Position numbers and translations under genes: made by a program | Notes under the pieces: model-generated | Databases searched by the model: none | What the model was told of the DNA's origin: nothing | The model's input: the letters and a program-made list of their open reading frames with translations, nothing else | Shown here: positions 60,356 through 64,000 of the stretch, in pieces | How positions within the stretch are numbered: the stretch's first letter is position 1 | Layout of the letters: each line of letters begins with the position of its first letter | Origin: Eledone cirrhosa | Taxonomy: Eukaryota | Direction: 5' to 3' | DNA length: 64,000 nt | Assembly: GCA_964016885.1 (NCBI GenBank) | Contig: OZ024741.1 | Location: 370,884,001 to 370,948,000 of the forward strand

Positions 60356-63300
60356 TAACAATTGCCCCAGCACATTACATAATGACTCATATATATATAT
60401 ATATATAAGACCCTATGTACTATCGTTACCAACAATTGCCCCAGTACATTACATAATGACTCACATATCTATATATAAGACCCTATGTACTATCGTTACC
60501 AACAATTGCCCCAGTACATTACATAATGACTCACATATCTATATATAAGACCCTATATACTATCGTTACCAGCCATTACCCCAGTACATTAAATAATGAC
60601 TCACATATATATAAGACCCTATGTACTATCGTTACCAGCCATTACCCTAGTACATTACATAATGACACATATACATAAGACCCTATGTACTATCGTTACC
60701 AACAATTGCCCCAGTACATTACATAATGACTCACATATATATATATAAGACCCTATGTACTATCGTTACCAGCCATTACCCCAGTACATTAAATAATGAC
60801 TCACATATATATAAGACCCTATGTACTATCGTTACCAGCAATTGCCCCAGTACATTACGTAATGACTCATATATATATATATATAAGACCCTATGTACTA
60901 TCGTTACCAGCAATTGCCCCAGTACATTACATAATGACTCACATATATATATATATAAGACCCTATGTACTATTGTTACCAACAATTACCCCAGTACATT
61001 ACATCATGACTCACCTATATATAAGACCCTATGTACTATCGTTACCAACAATTGCCCCAGTACATTACATAATGACTCACATATATATATATATAAGACC
61101 CTATGTACTATCGTTACCAGCCATTACCCCAGTACATTAAATAATGACTCACATATATATAAGACCCTATGTACTATCGTTACCAGCCATTACCCTAGTA
61201 CATTACATAATGACACATATACATAAGACCCTATGTACTATCGTTACCAACAATTGCCCCAGTACACTACATAATGACTCACATATATATATAAGACCCT
61301 ATGTACTATCGTTACCAGCCATTACCCTAGTACATTACATAATGACACATATACATAAGACCCTATGTACTATCGTTACCAACAATTGCCCCAGTACATT
61401 ACATAATGACTCATATATATATATAACACCCTATGTACTATCGTTACCAGCCATTACCCCAGTACATTAGATAATGACTCACATATATATAAGACCCTAT
61501 GTACTATCGTTACCAGCCATTACCCCAGTACATTAAATAATGACTCACATATATATAAGACCCTATGTACTATCGTTACCAGCAATTGCCCCAGTACATT
61601 ACATAATGACTCACATATATATATATATAAGACCCTATGTACTATCGTTACCAGCAATTACCCCCAGTACATTACATAATGACTCACATATATATATATA
61701 AGACCCTATGTACTATCGTTACCAGCAATTACCCCAGTACATTACATAATGACCCACATATATATAAGACCCTATGTACTATCGTTACCAACAATTGCCC
61801 CAGTACATTACATAATGACTCACATATATATAAGACCCTATGTACTATCGTTACCAACAATTGCCCCAGTACATTACATAATGACTCACATATATATATA
61901 TAAGACCCTATGTACTATCGTTACCAGCAATTGCCCCAGTACATTATATAATGACTCATATATATATATATAAACCCCTATGTACTATCGTTACCAGCAA
62001 TTGCCCCAGTACGTTACATAATAACTCACATATATATATATAAGACCCTATGTACTATCGTTACCAGCAATTACCCCAGTACATTACATCATGACTCACA
62101 TATATATATATAAGACCCTATGTACTATCGTTACCAGCCATTACCCCAGTACATTACATAATGACTCACATATATATAAGACCCAATGTACTATCGTTAC
62201 CAGCCATTACCCTAGTACATTACATAATGACTCACATATATATAAGACCCTATGTACTATCGTTACCAGCCATTACCCTAGTACATTACATAATGACACA
62301 TATACATAAGACCCTATGTACTATCGTTACCAACAATTGCCCCAGTACATTACATAATGACTCGCATATATATATATAAGACCCTATGTACTATCGTTAC
62401 CAGCCATTACCCCAGTACATTAAATAATGACTCACATATATATAAGACCCTATGTACTATCGTTACCAGCAATTGCCCCAGTACATTACATAATGACTCA
62501 CATATGTATATATATAAGACCCTATGTACTATTGTTACCAACAATTACCCCAGTACATTACATCATGACTCACATATATATATATATAAGACCCTATGTA
62601 CTATCGTTACCAGCCATTACCCTAGTACATTACATAATGACACATATACATAAGACCCTATGTACTATCGTTACCAACAATTGCCCCAGTACATTACATA
62701 ATGACTCACATATATATAAGACCCTATGTACTATCGTTACCAGCCATTACCCTAGTACATTACATAATGACTCACATATATATAAGACCCTATGTACTAT
62801 CGTTACCAGCAATGGCCCCAGTACATTACATAATGACTCACATATATATATATATATAAGACCCTATGTACTATCGTTACCAGCAATTACCCCCAGTACA
62901 TTACATAATGACTCACATATATATATATAAGACCCTATGTACTAACGTTACCAGCAATTACCCCAGTACGTTACATAATGACTCACATATATATAAGACC
63001 CTATGTACTATCGTTACCAGCAATTGCCCCAGTACATTACATAATGACTCACATATATATACATAAGACCCTATGTACTATCGTTACCAGCAATTGCCCC
63101 AGTACATTACATAATGACTCACATATATATAAGACTCTATGTACTATCGTTACCAGCAATTGACCTAGTACACCCTAGTACATTACTAATGACTCACATA
63201 TATATAAGACCCTAGTTACTATCGTTACCAGCAATTACCCCAGTACATTAGATAATGACTCACATACATATATATAAGACTCTATGTACTATCGTTACCA

Positions 63301-64000
63301 GCAATTGCCCTAGTACGTTACATAATGACTCACATATATATAAGACCCTATGTACTATCGTTACCAACAATTACCCCAGTACATTAGATAATGACTCACA
63401 TACATATATATAAGACCCTATGTACTATCGTTACCAACAATTACCCCAGTACATTACATAATGACTCACATATATATAAGACCCTATGTACTATCGTTAC
63501 CAGCAATTGCCCCAGTACATTACATAATGACACACATATATATACATAAGACGCTATGTACTATCGTTACCAACAATTGCCCCAGTACATTGCATAATGA
63601 CTCACATATATATAAGACCCTATGTACTATCGTTACCAACAATTGCCCCAGTACGTTACATAATGACTCACATATATATAAGACCCTATGTACTATCGTT
63701 ACCAACAATTGCCCCAGTACATTACATAATGACTCACATATCTATATATAAGACCCTATGTACTATCGTTACCAGCCATTACCCCAGTACATTAAATAAT
63801 GACTCACATATATATAAGACCCTATGTACTATCGTTACCAGCCATTACCCTAGTACATTACATAATGACTCACATATATATAAGACCCAATCTACTATCG
63901 TTACCAGCCATTACCCTAGTACATTACATAATGACACATATACATAAGACCCTATGTACTATCGTTACCAACAATTGCCCCAGTACATTACATAATGACT
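60356..64000. repeat. Satellite/minisatellite, ~64-74-bp unit taagaccctatgtactatcgttaccagcaattgccccagtacattacataatgactcaca(ta)n, running off the window end
   Basis: Unit starts at 60406, 60476, 60546, 60612, 60676 and onward; roughly 54 copies. Length varies in steps of 2 through the internal (TA)n, so it is not frame-preserving. Confidence 0.97.

Noticed and set aside
60356-64000. CRISPR-like array, or Cys/His repeat protein (KTLCTIVTSNCPSTLHNDSH)
   Set aside because: Units are head-to-tail with no unique spacers; unit length varies by 2 nt through (TA)n, so frames switch constantly and stops are frequent.

Overview
Eukaryotic, repeat-rich DNA with no intact, recognisable protein-coding gene. 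The SINE motifs and dense microsatellites suggest an octopus/coleoid genome; this is recalled similarity, not a database result. About 75% of the window (~2447-50390) is one C/A-rich tandem array in two parts: array 1 has a ~30-bp unit (accaccaacacctccaccaacaacactaac) and array 2 a 51-bp unit (aataatatcaccacggccagtaacaacaccaccatcatcaccacaaccagc). On the + strand it reads either as Asn/Thr repeats dense in N-glycosylation sequons or as Pro/Thr mucin-like repeats. Recurrent frameshift variants copied by higher-order duplications argue against one continuous exon. The flanks hold decayed LINEs (CR1-like RT tail, Tx1/L1-like ORF1 plus endonuclease, RTE-clade RT and endonuclease pieces), tRNA-derived SINEs and microsatellites. 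The right end has a candidate 14-nt microexon, a candidate TATA/Inr promoter with a non-coding first exon, and a 64-74-bp satellite. That satellite appears to start from a SINE end and carries an overlapping D-box/AP-1 motif in most units. Most ORFs in the supplied track are repeat artefacts.
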